The translations under genes and the position numbers were made by a program. 64,000 bases of DNA from Actinomycetota bacterium (lineage in GTDB: Bacteria > Actinomycetota > Acidimicrobiia > IMCC26256 > PALSA-555): positions 3,469 through 67,468 of the forward strand of contig VGBI01000001.1 of the NCBI GenBank assembly GCA_016870595.1, in the 5' to 3' direction. Below are positions 18,487 to 28,462 of this stretch, piece after piece. A model generated the notes under the pieces. The model was not told where the DNA came from and did not search any database. It saw only the letters and a program-made list of their open reading frames with translations. The stretch's first letter is position 1; the number at the start of each line of letters is the position of its first letter.

Positions 18487-19629
18487 GTGCCGCTGCCCGA
18501 AGACACCAGGCTGATCTCGGTCGACGACCACGTGGTGGAGGCGCCCCACGTCTTCGTCGACCACATCGACCCCAAGTTCCGCGACCGTGCCCCCCGGATC
18601 GTCGAGCGCGACAACTGGCAGGGGTGGCTGTGGGAGGACCGCTTCTACCCGCTGTCATTCCAGGGCAACATCCACACCCGGCACTTCCGCGAGGGCGAGG
18701 AGGGCCGGGGCGCCGACCTCAACGCCCGGCGCTACGAGGACATGATCGACGCGGTGTACGACGTGCACGCACGGGTCGAGGCGATGGACGTCGACGGCGT
18801 GCACGCGGCCCTCCAGTTCCCGCAGTTCCCGCGGTTCGGCGGCACGCTGTTCCTCGAGGCCCAGGACAAGGAGCTCGCGCTCGCGATCGTCCGGGCGTGG
18901 AACGACTGGATGCTCGACGAGTGGTGGGCGGCCTACCCCGACCGCTTCATCCCCCAGACCCTCATCCCGCTCTGGGACGTGCCTGCGTCGGTCGAGGAGA
19001 TCGAGCGGTGCGCGGCGAAGGGCTCGCGGGCCGTGCTGTTCGTCGAGAACCCGCACCCGCTCGGCCTGCCGTCGTTCCCGACCGGGCACTGGCGCCCGGT
19101 GTTCGAGGCCTGCAACGAGACCGGCCTGCCGCTGTCGATGCACATCGGCACCTCGTCGGGCCTGCTCAGCCCGTCGCCGGAGTCGACCAGCTCGGTCGGC
19201 GTCGCCCTCTGCGGCGTGAACTCGATGAGTGCGCTCGTCGACCTCATCTACAGCGGGATGTGCAACGACCTGCCCAACCTGAAGATCGCGCTGTCCGAGG
19301 GCGGTGCGGGCTGGGTGCCGTACGTGCTCGAGCGGGCCGACTACACGTGGGAGCGCAGCCGCAACGAGGGCCTGCGCAACGACCTGCCCCCGTCGGAGGT
19401 GTTCCGGCGCCACTTCTGGGTGTGCATGATCGCCGACCACTACGCGTTGCGGAACCGGGACCTGATCGGCGTCGACAAGATCATGTGGGAGTGCGACTTC
19501 CCCCACAACGATTCCAACTACCCGAACAGCCGGAAGATGCTGGCCGACGCCATGGTCGACGTCCCCGACGACGACGCCCGCATGATCGGCGAGCTGAACG
19601 CCCGGGCGCTCTACAACTTCCCCGGCTGA
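18487..19629 (+). CDS. amidohydrolase-2 family metal-dependent hydrolase/decarboxylase
   Basis: 380 aa. Pattern ISVDDHVVE...GVHAALQFP...WNDWMLDEW...SMHIGTSS...WECDFPHNDSNYP. Confidence 0.8.
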   Translation: MPLPEDTRLISVDDHVVEAPHVFVDHIDPKFRDRAPRIVERDNWQGWLWEDRFYPLSFQGNIHTRHFREGEEGRGADLNARRYEDMIDAVYDVHARVEAMDVDGVHAALQFPQFPRFGGTLFLEAQDKELALAIVRAWNDWMLDEWWAAYPDRFIPQTLIPLWDVPASVEEIERCAAKGSRAVLFVENPHPLGLPSFPTGHWRPVFEACNETGLPLSMHIGTSSGLLSPSPESTSSVGVALCGVNSMSALVDLIYSGMCNDLPNLKIALSEGGAGWVPYVLERADYTWERSRNEGLRNDLPPSEVFRRHFWVCMIADHYALRNRDLIGVDKIMWECDFPHNDSNYPNSRKMLADAMVDVPDDDARMIGELNARALYNFPG

Positions 19630-19631
19630 CC

Positions 19632-19657
19632 GCGAGGTCTCCCGGTCCGGGCCTCGC
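19632..19657 (+). terminator. GC-rich hairpin 3 nt after the amidohydrolase stop
   Basis: gcgagg-tct-ccc-ggtcc-ggg-cctcgc: a 9-bp interrupted stem. No U-tract follows. Confidence 0.3.
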
Positions 19658-19690
19658 CCGCATCTGGGTCGTCCCGCCAGCCTGAAATCA

Positions 19691-21018
19691 GTGAACTCCT
19701 ACCGGCAGATGCGCGGACTCGTTGGCGATGGTCGTCGTCGCGTGGCGGGGCGCGGGAGGGAGCCTGGTGGGGCCACGCAGCGGGCACTCGCGCCGATCGG
19801 TCCTGCGGGTGTCGGCGGTTCCACGATCGTCCTGCTGAACGACTGTCGGGACCAGGTGAACTTCGGGAGCGTGGCGCTCGTCGAGGGTCTGCTCCGCATC
19901 CTGACGACGGCGGTACCCGACGCGACGATCCTCCCGATCCCGTCCCACTGGGTGGTCGGCCTCCAGGATCCGGCCTGCTACGTCGACAACGGCCGTGACT
20001 TCCGGGAGCCCCGCGTCAGGTTCCCCCGGGTGGTGGACCAGTTCGAGCCCACGGCCGAGGCCTGGCTGCGCGGTGCGGGCGGTCCCGACGTCCACGAGTA
20101 CCTCGACCGGTTCCGGGCCGCCGATCTGGTGCTCTGGAACGGGGAGGGCAGCATCTACCGCGCCAACGTCAGTGCGGTACGGGGTGCGTTCCTGTCCTGG
20201 TTCGCCCGGGTCCACCTCGGCGTCCCGACAGTGTTCGCCAACGGCGGGGTGCATCTGACCGACGTGGACCCGGTGCTGCCGGCCATGATCCGGCGCACGT
20301 TTCCCGTGCTCGACGCCGTGGCCGTCCGGGAGCCCCGCTCGCTCCGGAACCTGCAGACCTTCGCCCCCGGGCTCACCGCTCGCGTCGTGCCCGACGCCGC
20401 CTTCGCGTTGACCCCCGACGACGCAGTGTGCAGTCCGGCGGTGGAGGCCGTGCTCGACGAGCTCGGGACCCCCCCGTTCTTCTGCTTCGATCCGGGACCG
20501 ATGCCGTTCGACCATGGACGGGAGTCGGCGGCGCTCGAGCGCCTGATCACGGCGATCGCGGCCGCAGGATTCGAGGCCGTGCTGGTCTGCAAGGACCCCA
20601 CCGACACGTACCTCCGCACGGTCGCTGCGCACACCGGAGCGCGCTTCGTCGACACGCTGCAGGACTTCCGCGAGTACATGGCGCTCACCGACCGCGCCGA
20701 GTTCGTCGTCACCGGGAGATACCACAACACGATCTTCTCGGCGATCATGGGCTGTCCGGCGGTCACCTTCGGGTCGGCCAGCCACAAGGTCCATGGTGTG
20801 TGCGAGATGCTCGGTGACGTCTACGGACGTACGTTCGACGGCACGAGCCTGATCCCCGACCTCGACGCGATCGTGGCCCAGGCCCGGGGGTACGCCGACG
20901 ACCGCGACGGGTGGCGCCTCCGCCTTCGGGAGACCACCGCCCGCCGCCGGGCGGAGGCCGGCGGGCTGGGCGATCTGGTGAGATCCTGTCTCGGGCCGGG
21001 GCGGGCCGGGAGCAGGGA

Positions 21019-21040
<22 letters not shown>
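19691..21040 (+). CDS. polysaccharide pyruvyl transferase family protein (start uncertain)
   Basis: Pattern [17 protein letters not shown]...LWNGEGSIY...[20 protein letters not shown]. The 3' end overlaps tRNA-Pro on the opposite strand by 22 nt. Confidence 0.7.
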
Positions 21041-21095
<55 letters not shown>

Positions 21096-21144
21096 TTGGG
21101 GTGACGGAGTGTAGCGGGGCCGCTCGGGGCGACCCGGGCCGGGG

Positions 21145-21576
21145 TCAGACGGTGGCGTCGGCCTCGGCGTCCGCCGCGGCGAGCGGCTCGGTGTCGGGCG
21201 CGGCCGGGGCGGGAGCCAGCAGGCGCCGTACGGTCCGGCGCAGGGTGCCGGGGTCCACGGGCTTCACCAGCTCGGCGTCGGCCGCCGCCCGCTTGGCCAG
21301 GAAGCGGTCGTGCTCCCGGTCGAGGAGGAGCAGGATCCGGGTCTCGGGCACCCGACCGGCCTCGGCCTCGAGGTGCAGGTCGATGGCGGCGGCCACGCCA
21401 CCCATGTTGGCGATCTGCATGTCGAGGATGACGAGCTCCGGGGCGAACTCGGAGACCGCGACGCGGACGTCCTGGCCCCGGGTCACCTCGATCACCGAGG
21501 TGTCGGAGGCGGCGAGGGCGGTGCGGACCTGGTCGCGGACCCACTGTCCGTCGGCGGCAACGAGCACGGTGGCCAT
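21145..21576 (-). CDS. stand-alone response-regulator receiver domain protein
   Basis: 143 aa. Pattern VLVAADG...ELVILDMQIANMGG...LVKP, with no output domain. Confidence 0.8.
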   Translation of the reverse strand: MATVLVAADGQWVRDQVRTALAASDTSVIEVTRGQDVRVAVSEFAPELVILDMQIANMGGVAAAIDLHLEAEAGRVPETRILLLLDREHDRFLAKRAAADAELVKPVDPGTLRRTVRRLLAPAPAAPDTEPLAAADAEADATV

Positions 21577-21588
21577 CGGGAGCGGAGG

Positions 21589-22725
21589 CTAGCCGACGAG
21601 GTGCCGACCGATCTCCCGCAGCGCCCCGAGATCGTGGACGTCGTGGTCGAGGTAGGGCACGTAGACGGGCCGGGTCCCCATTGCGGTCGCGGCCTCGGTG
21701 AGCACCGCCCGCTCCCGGGCCGCGACGACGGCGAGGTCGGCGAGGGTGTCGTACCGGTCGGCGAGACGCCGGCCGGCGGCGTCGGCGTCGGGATCGTCGG
21801 TCGCGGGTCGGTCCCGCAACGCGGTGGCCCGGGCCCGGAGGTCCGCAGCCGCGTCGGCCTCGGCGAAGGCGGGCAGCACCCGGTTGGCGACCAGCGCGTC
21901 GACGGTCAACCCGTGATCGGTGATCCGCTCGGCGAAGTGCCGGGCCTCGTCGATCGAGTCGCGCCGGGGGGAGGTGACGAGCACGAAGGCGGTGTCGGGA
22001 GCGGCGAGGAGGGTGCGCACGGCATCAGCCCGGGCCCGGAAGCCCTCCTCCATGCCGTCGAAGGCGCGGAAGAACGAGACGATGTCGTCGACCACCCCGG
22101 TTCCCACCACCCGACCGAGTTGGCGGACGAACAGGTGGAGCGCGGTGCCGGCGACCCGCAGCGCCCCGCGGGCCGGGGCCATCATCAGTCGGAACACGCG
22201 GTTGTCGAGTAGCCGGATCAGGCGTTGGGGCGCGTCGAGGAAGTCGAGTGCGTGGCGCGTGGGTGGGGTGTCCACCACGATGAGGTCGTACGCACCGGTC
22301 TCGTGCAGCTCGTGCAGGCGCTCCATCGCCATGTACTCCTGCGTGCCCGAGAGCGCGCCAGCGAGATTGCGGTAGAAGCGGTTCCCGAGGATGCGGTCGC
22401 GCTGCTCCTCGTTGCGGGCGTAGCGCGCGACGAGCCCGTCGAAGGTCTCGCTCGGGTCGAGCATCATCGCGGTCAGCCGGGCCCGGCCCGGCGCGCGCCC
22501 CTCCGGGTCCCAGCGGTCCCGGTCGACCTCGGCGTCGGTGTGACCGGCGAGCCCGAGGGTGTCGGCGAGTCTGCGGGCCGGGTCGATGGTGATCACGGCG
22601 ACGCGCCGCCCCTGCTGCGCGCCGGCCAGGGCCAGCGCGGCTGCGGTCGTCGTCTTCCCGACCCCGCCGGTGCCGCAGCACACCAGCACGTGCCGATGGT
22701 CGAGGAGGTCGGCGAGGGCGCTCAC
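21589..22725 (-). CDS. ArsA/Get3-like P-loop ATPase (second of a pair)
   Basis: 378 aa from GTG 22725 (VSALADLLDHRHVLVCCGTGGVGKTTTAAALAL...ITIDPARRLA). The start overlaps the upstream stop (GTGA). Confidence 0.8.
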   Translation of the reverse strand: MSALADLLDHRHVLVCCGTGGVGKTTTAAALALAGAQQGRRVAVITIDPARRLADTLGLAGHTDAEVDRDRWDPEGRAPGRARLTAMMLDPSETFDGLVARYARNEEQRDRILGNRFYRNLAGALSGTQEYMAMERLHELHETGAYDLIVVDTPPTRHALDFLDAPQRLIRLLDNRVFRLMMAPARGALRVAGTALHLFVRQLGRVVGTGVVDDIVSFFRAFDGMEEGFRARADAVRTLLAAPDTAFVLVTSPRRDSIDEARHFAERITDHGLTVDALVANRVLPAFAEADAAADLRARATALRDRPATDDPDADAAGRRLADRYDTLADLAVVAARERAVLTEAATAMGTRPVYVPYLDHDVHDLGALREIGRHLVG

Positions 22726-23672
22726 GGGGCTCGCAGCGTCGCGACCTGCGCGGCGAAGGCGTCGGCGAGGTGGTCGATCCCGGTCGGGCCGATCTCCTCG
22801 TCGAGGAACGGCAGGTGGATCTGGGGGAGGGGGAGCCGGGTCGCCAGCCGGCGGATCTGCTCGAGCTGGATCGCGCGGCGGGCCCCCACGAACGCAGTGG
22901 CCCGGTCGAGCGCGACCGCGTCGTCGGCGTCGAGGTCGCACCGGGCCCGGGTGGCGTCGGCGACCGCGTGGGGGCTCCCGCTCCAGCGGGCGGGCAGGCA
23001 CTGGTTGACCACCACGGGCCCGAGGGCGATGCCGACCCGGTCCTCGAGCGCGAACGCGGTCTCGGCGACCTCGTTGACCGGGGTCTCCTCGGGCAGGGTC
23101 ACGAGCAGCACCTGGCAGCGGGCCGGGTCGGCGAGGAGCGCGACGACCTCGTCGGCCTGGTGGCGGACGGGTCCCACCCGCACGGCGTCCTGCAGTCCCC
23201 GGGCCGAGGTCAAGAAGGTGATCGCGTGCCCGGCGGCCGGGGCGTCGACCACGATCAGGTCGGGGCCCGCCGCCGCCTGCTCGAGCTGCTTGACCTTGCC
23301 GAGCAGCAGGATGTCGCGCATTCCGGGCACGGCCGTGGCCACCACGTCGAGGGTGCCGGACCGCACCAGGCGGCCCGAGATCCGGTGCAGCCCGCGCTGG
23401 TCGAGGTACTCGAGCAGGGCGTCGTCGGCCGAGAGGGCGCGGACCCGCAGTCGGGGCCTAGCCTCCACTTCCTCGTAGGTGAGGGGCGGGAGGCCGAGGG
23501 CGGCCGACAGTCCCGATTTGCCCTCCACCTCGACGACCAGCACGCTCAGTCCGGTCCGGGCGGCCATGGTGGCGAGGGTGGCGACGACCGTCGTCTTCCC
23601 GACCCCACCCTTGCCCGCGACGATCACGATCCGGGAGGAGGCGCAGAACTGCGCAAGCTCCATGACACGCAT
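22722..23672 (-). CDS. ArsA/Get3-like P-loop ATPase (first of a pair)
   Basis: 316 aa from ATG 23672 (MRVMELAQFCASSRIVIVAGKGGVGKTTVVATLA...). Confidence 0.8.
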   Translation of the reverse strand: MRVMELAQFCASSRIVIVAGKGGVGKTTVVATLATMAARTGLSVLVVEVEGKSGLSAALGLPPLTYEEVEARPRLRVRALSADDALLEYLDQRGLHRISGRLVRSGTLDVVATAVPGMRDILLLGKVKQLEQAAAGPDLIVVDAPAAGHAITFLTSARGLQDAVRVGPVRHQADEVVALLADPARCQVLLVTLPEETPVNEVAETAFALEDRVGIALGPVVVNQCLPARWSGSPHAVADATRARCDLDADDAVALDRATAFVGARRAIQLEQIRRLATRLPLPQIHLPFLDEEIGPTGIDHLADAFAAQVATLRAP

Positions 23673-25241
23673 GGTACGGGGGCGCCCCGACCCTCCCGAC
23701 GGGCGCCGTCGGGGGGTGTATGGGCGCGCCTGGTCGCGGCCGCCGTCCTCGTCGTGGGCGGACTGGTCGCGCTCCTGCCCGCCGCGGGCGCCCAGGAGTC
23801 GGGCCAGGAGTCGGGCGGCCGCCGGGGGATCGCGGTCGTCCAGATCGAGGGCCTGCTCGACCCGCCCACCGCGACCCTGGTCGAGGAGGCGCTCCGAGAC
23901 GCCAACCGCGCCCGCCGCACCATGCTGGTGATCCAGATCGACTCCCGGGGCACCGTCGACGTCGACGTCGACGCCCTCGTGCGGCGGATCGAGCGGTCCC
24001 GGATCCCGGTCGTGGCCTGGGCGGGGCCGCCCGGTGGTCGGGCCGAGGGGGGCGCGCTCCTCGTGCTCCAGGCCGCGCACCGGGCCTACGTCGCGAACGG
24101 CGCCTCCATCGGTCCCGGGGCCCCGGTCGACCTCGGGGACCCCGACGCGGTTCCGACGGATTCGGTCGCGACCGAGCTCGCCCGCCTGGCCGAGGCCAAC
24201 GGGCGCGACCCGGACGCCGCGGCCCGGTCCGCCCGGAGGTCGTTCACCGCCGCGCAGGCCGACGCCGCCGGACTCGTCGACCGGGTGCGCCCGACGCTGG
24301 GCGAGGTCGTCGTCACGATGGACGGCGAGACGGTGGAGACGGCCGCAGGCTCGATCACGGTCGAGACCGCGCGGGTGATCGGCGAAGGACGCGACCGTCG
24401 GCGGGAGCCCAACCAGGAGGTCGTGTTCGACGGCATGGGCCTGGGTGGGCAGACCCAGCACAGTCTCATCCGTCCGTCGGTCGCGTACTTCCTGCTCGTG
24501 GCCGGACTGGCCCTGATCGCGTTCGAGTTCTTCGCGATCAGCATCGGCCTCGTGGGGATGGCCGGTGCGATCGCGGTGGTGGGTGCGACCTACGGGTTCT
24601 CCCACCTGCCCACGCGTTGGTGGGCGGTCGCGCTGCTCGTCGCCGGGGTGGTGGGGCTGGCGGTCGACGTGCAGGCCGGCGGGGTCGGCTTCTGGACCGG
24701 GTTCGGGACGGTGGCCCTGGTCGTGGGCACCCTCTTCCTCTACGGCGGATCGTCGCGCCTCGACGTCGCCTGGTGGGTCGCGGTCCTCGTGGTCGGGGGC
24801 GCGGTCCTGTTCTTCCTGTGGGGGATGACCGCCGCGGTCCGGGCCCGGTTCTCCACGCCGACCATCGGCCGTGAGGGGATGGTCGGTCGGATGGGGACGG
24901 CCGAGGTCCCGATCGCACCCGACGGCGTCGCGATGATCGACGGCGCCCGCTGGCTGGCCCGGACCAACCGGGCGACGCCGATCGCGGCGGGGGACCCCGT
25001 GCGGGTGATCGAGGTCGCGGGGCTGGTGCTCGAGGTGGAGCCCGAGACCGGGGGCGCGAAGGACCACCGCGAGGAGTACCGGGAGCGCAAGCGTCTGGCC
25101 CAGGCCGCCAAGGAGGCCGCTGCGCAGGGAGAGGCCGACGCGGCGGTCGATCCCGGCGCCGGGTCGCACGAGGAGTCGCACGAGGACGGGCGCGACGGGT
25201 CGCACGAGGACGGGCGCGACGGTCCGTCGGGCCCGGTCTGA
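23649..25241 (+). CDS. NfeD-like membrane-bound ClpP-class protease (start unresolved, CTG 23649 proposed)
   Basis: Signal-like VWARLVAAAVLVVGGLVALLPAAGAQ, ClpP-like domain (IAVVQIEGLLDPPTA...IDSRGT), 4-5 TM segments and a C-terminal NfeD OB domain (GMVGRMGTA...GDPVRVIEV). No ATG/GTG/TTG lies upstream of the signal peptide. Confidence 0.7.
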   Translation: MRKLHDTHGTGAPRPSRRAPSGGVWARLVAAAVLVVGGLVALLPAAGAQESGQESGGRRGIAVVQIEGLLDPPTATLVEEALRDANRARRTMLVIQIDSRGTVDVDVDALVRRIERSRIPVVAWAGPPGGRAEGGALLVLQAAHRAYVANGASIGPGAPVDLGDPDAVPTDSVATELARLAEANGRDPDAAARSARRSFTAAQADAAGLVDRVRPTLGEVVVTMDGETVETAAGSITVETARVIGEGRDRRREPNQEVVFDGMGLGGQTQHSLIRPSVAYFLLVAGLALIAFEFFAISIGLVGMAGAIAVVGATYGFSHLPTRWWAVALLVAGVVGLAVDVQAGGVGFWTGFGTVALVVGTLFLYGGSSRLDVAWWVAVLVVGGAVLFFLWGMTAAVRARFSTPTIGREGMVGRMGTAEVPIAPDGVAMIDGARWLARTNRATPIAAGDPVRVIEVAGLVLEVEPETGGAKDHREEYRERKRLAQAAKEAAAQGEADAAVDPGAGSHEESHEDGRDGSHEDGRDGPSGPV

Positions 25242-25256
25242 GGCGCCGCGGCCTCA
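25239..25256. terminator. short hairpin formed by the two convergent stop codons (NfeD TGA / selB TCA)
   Basis: tgaggc-gccgcg-gcctca: a 6-bp stem. Confidence 0.25.
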
Positions 25257-27053
25257 GAGCAGTCCGCTGGTGGGCCCGGGGATGCGGTCGTCGCCGCGTC
25301 GGCGGGTCACGCCGTTTCGGTCGAGCCAGGCCACGATCGGCAGCGTGAACTTCCGCGACGAGCCCAGCGCGTCGCGGACGTCGGCGACGGTGATCGTGCC
25401 CCGCTCGGCGAGGAGCGTGACGACGCGCGCGCGGGCCGCCGCGAGCGCCTCGGCCGCGAAGACGGTGCCGTCGACGTCGACGAGCAGGCCGTCGCGGACG
25501 CAGGCCCGGATCAGCGCGGGTGGGGCCCCGGTCTCGCCGGGCGCCGGGGGCGCGAAGGGTGAGGCCGTGAACCGGGCGACCAGCGCGATCGCCTCGGGGG
25601 TCTCCGCCACCGACCCGACGTGCGCGGCGTCGCGCACCACCCCGCGTTCCACCGCCAGCCCGGGGGCGTCGGTGAGCGCGGCGCGCAGGCGATCGGGGTC
25701 GGTCCGCAGCGTCCGCGCGAGCACCCCGAGCTCGATGCCGGGGTCGGTGGGGCGGGCCTGGTGGTGCGCGGTGACGGCGGTCCGGGCCTGCTCGCGAAGG
25801 CGAGTCCGAACGGCGGGATCGACCAGCCAACCGTCGACGAGCTCGGCGTGTCCCTCGGCGACCAGCGCGCGCGCGAGGGCGGCCGCGGCGGGCGGGTCGA
25901 GGCCGGCCCGGCGCGGGAGGTCGTCGGTCGCCACCCACCCGTGACCCGCGACCAGGCGCTCGCCGAGCGGGCGCCCGAGCCGGCCGGCGGCGTCGACGGC
26001 CCGGCCGCCGGGATCCAGGTCGAGCACCTCCACCCCTGCGGTGGTCCGGCCCCGCCCCGGGTCCCGCACCACCATCCGGTCGCCGGGGGCGAGCGGCAGC
26101 GCGCTCGCGAGGCGGAGCCGCGCGAAGTGCCCGTCGGGGTCGAGCGCCCGGATCGTGGCGCCGTGCTCGCCCGACCCGACGTGCAGCCGAACCCGGCCCC
26201 GCCGGGGCGGGGTCTCCCCCGGCACCGCCCGCACGGCCACGTCGACGACCTGCGGCGTGCACCACTGGTCCGGCCGGACCAGCGCCGTGCCCCGGGCGAC
26301 CTCGTGGTGGTCGATCCCCGCCAGGTTCACGGCGACCCGCGCGCCGGGACCGATCTCGGTGCGTCGGCGCCCGGCGCACTCGAGCCCGCGGACCCGCACC
26401 GACCGTCCGCTCCCTGCCACGACCAGCTCGTCGTCGAGCGCGATGGCCCCGCCGGTCAAGGTGCCGGTCACGACGGTGCCCGCACCCCGGGCCGCGAAGA
26501 CCCGGTCGATCCAGAGTCGGGGCCGACCGGCGTCGGGCACGGCGGGCGCCCGGGCCAGCGCGGCGTCGAGCCCGCGGCGCACGTCGTCGAGGCCCCGGCC
26601 CGAACGACTGTCGCACACCACGACGGGGGTGTCGGCGAGCGCCGTGCCGTCGAGGTGCTCGAGCACCTCGAGGATCGCGAGCTCGACCGTCTCCTCGTCG
26701 ACCAGGTCGGCCTTGGTGACGACCACCATCCCGAGCGACACGCCGAGCAGCTCGAGGATCCGCAGGTGCTCCTCGGTCTGGGGCATCCAGCCCTCGGTGG
26801 CCGCGACCACGAGCACGGCGAGGTCGACGGCCCCGACCCCGGCGAGCATGTTCTTGATGAAGCGGGTGTGCCCGGGGACGTCGACGAAGGCGACCTCGGC
26901 CCCCGAGTCCAGGGTGGCGAAGGCGAAGCCGAGGTCGATGGTGAGGCCGCGGGCCTTCTCCTCGGGGAAGCGGTCGGGATCGGTGCCGGTCAGCGCGAGG
27001 ACGAGCGACGACTTGCCGTGATCGACGTGCCCGGCGGTGGCGACGGTGCGCAC
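25254..27053 (-). CDS. selB: selenocysteine-specific translation elongation factor
   Basis: 599 aa. GTPase motifs AGHVDHGKSSL, DVPGH and TKADL, followed by a long winged-helix C-terminal extension. Lies 9 nt downstream of selA. Confidence 0.9.
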   Translation of the reverse strand: MRTVATAGHVDHGKSSLVLALTGTDPDRFPEEKARGLTIDLGFAFATLDSGAEVAFVDVPGHTRFIKNMLAGVGAVDLAVLVVAATEGWMPQTEEHLRILELLGVSLGMVVVTKADLVDEETVELAILEVLEHLDGTALADTPVVVCDSRSGRGLDDVRRGLDAALARAPAVPDAGRPRLWIDRVFAARGAGTVVTGTLTGGAIALDDELVVAGSGRSVRVRGLECAGRRRTEIGPGARVAVNLAGIDHHEVARGTALVRPDQWCTPQVVDVAVRAVPGETPPRRGRVRLHVGSGEHGATIRALDPDGHFARLRLASALPLAPGDRMVVRDPGRGRTTAGVEVLDLDPGGRAVDAAGRLGRPLGERLVAGHGWVATDDLPRRAGLDPPAAAALARALVAEGHAELVDGWLVDPAVRTRLREQARTAVTAHHQARPTDPGIELGVLARTLRTDPDRLRAALTDAPGLAVERGVVRDAAHVGSVAETPEAIALVARFTASPFAPPAPGETGAPPALIRACVRDGLLVDVDGTVFAAEALAAARARVVTLLAERGTITVADVRDALGSSRKFTLPIVAWLDRNGVTRRRGDDRIPGPTSGLL

Positions 27054-27062
27054 GGCGCCCGG

Positions 27063-28415
27063 TCAGGTCCGGGCCGCCGCCAGCGCGGTGGCGAGACGAT
27101 CGTCGTCGTCGGGGTCGACCGTCCGGAGATCGCACACGATGGCGTCGTGGTCGATGCGGGCGATCACGCCCTGCGTCCGCAAGCGTGCGAGCGTCGCGTC
27201 GGCGTCGCCCGCCGGGAGCGCGACGCCGGCCGACGGGATGGTCAGTCCAGGTAGCGACCCGCCCCCGGCGACCGCGTCGGTGGCGACGACCGTCGCCCCG
27301 GGGACCGCAGCGGCGACGGCCTCCGCCCGGGCGCGCAACTCCGGCACGGTGCGGGCGGCCATCCGCCAGATCGGCAACGACGCCGCGCGCCCGTCGAGGT
27401 AGGCGAGGGCCACGTGCTGGAGCGCGGCGAGCGTCATCTTGTCGGCCCGCACGGCCCGGGCCAGCGGGTGGGCCGCGCACGCAGCCACCAGGTTGGCCCG
27501 ACCGACGATCACGCCGGCCTGGGGACCGCCGAGGAGCTTGTCCCCCGAGAACGTGACGATCCCGGCTCCGGAGGCCACGGCCTGACGGACCCCGGGCTCG
27601 TCGAACAGCCAGTCGGGTCGACCGCCCAGCCACGGCGTCTGCTCGTCGAGCAGCCCGGAACCGGCGTCGACCATCACGGGGGGGCCCAGCGTCGCCAGCT
27701 CCTGCACCGGGGTGGCTTCGGTGAACCCGACCATGCGGTAGTTCGACGCGTGCACCTTCAGGACGAGCGCCGTGGCGTCGGTGCACGCCGCTGCGTAATC
27801 GGCCCGGCGGGTCCGGTTGGTGGTACCCACCTCGATCAACCGGCAGTGCGACTCGGCCATGATCTCGGGGACCCGGAACCCGCCGCCGATCTCCACCAGC
27901 TCGCCGCGTGACACCAGCACGTCGCGGTCGCGCGCCAGCGCGCCCAGCGCGAGCAGTACGGCGGCGGCGTTGTTGTTCACCACGATGCCGGACTCGGCGC
28001 CACACGCGCGCGCGAGCAGGGTCCCGGCGTGGACGTGGCGTGAGCCGCGGGTCCCGGACTCCAGCTCGTACTCGAGGTTCGAGTACCCGGTGGTGACCGA
28101 CGCGGCCGCCGCCACGGACTCCGGATCGATGGGCGCCCGACCGAGGTTTGTGTGCACGAGCACGCCGGTGGCGTTCACGACGCGTTGGAGCAGCTGTCGG
28201 GCCCGCCGGTCGGCGCGCGCCTGTGCGTCGGCCACGACGGCGGCCTCGGTGACGGTGGCCCCGGTGGTCGCCCGGTCCCGGGCGGCGTCGACCGCGTCGC
28301 GCGCGCAGTCGGCGAGCAGGGCGGGCGGCAGACCGGTGAGGCGGGCGAGCACGCGATCGACCGACGGGACGCTCCGGCGGGGGTCGGCCGCGGGCTCGGG
28401 AGCGGGCGTACGCAT
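27063..28415 (-). CDS. selA: L-seryl-tRNA(Sec) selenium transferase
   Basis: 450 aa from ATG 28415. Motifs RRSVPSVDRVL, VVNATGVLVHTNLGRAP, NLEYELESGTRGSR and the PLP-Lys motif FSGDKLLGGPQAG. Confidence 0.9.
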   Translation of the reverse strand: MRTPAPEPAADPRRSVPSVDRVLARLTGLPPALLADCARDAVDAARDRATTGATVTEAAVVADAQARADRRARQLLQRVVNATGVLVHTNLGRAPIDPESVAAAASVTTGYSNLEYELESGTRGSRHVHAGTLLARACGAESGIVVNNNAAAVLLALGALARDRDVLVSRGELVEIGGGFRVPEIMAESHCRLIEVGTTNRTRRADYAAACTDATALVLKVHASNYRMVGFTEATPVQELATLGPPVMVDAGSGLLDEQTPWLGGRPDWLFDEPGVRQAVASGAGIVTFSGDKLLGGPQAGVIVGRANLVAACAAHPLARAVRADKMTLAALQHVALAYLDGRAASLPIWRMAARTVPELRARAEAVAAAVPGATVVATDAVAGGGSLPGLTIPSAGVALPAGDADATLARLRTQGVIARIDHDAIVCDLRTVDPDDDDRLATALAAART

Positions 28416-28462
28416 GACGCACGAGCGTACGGCGCCCGCGGACCGGCTCGTAGACTGGCCGG

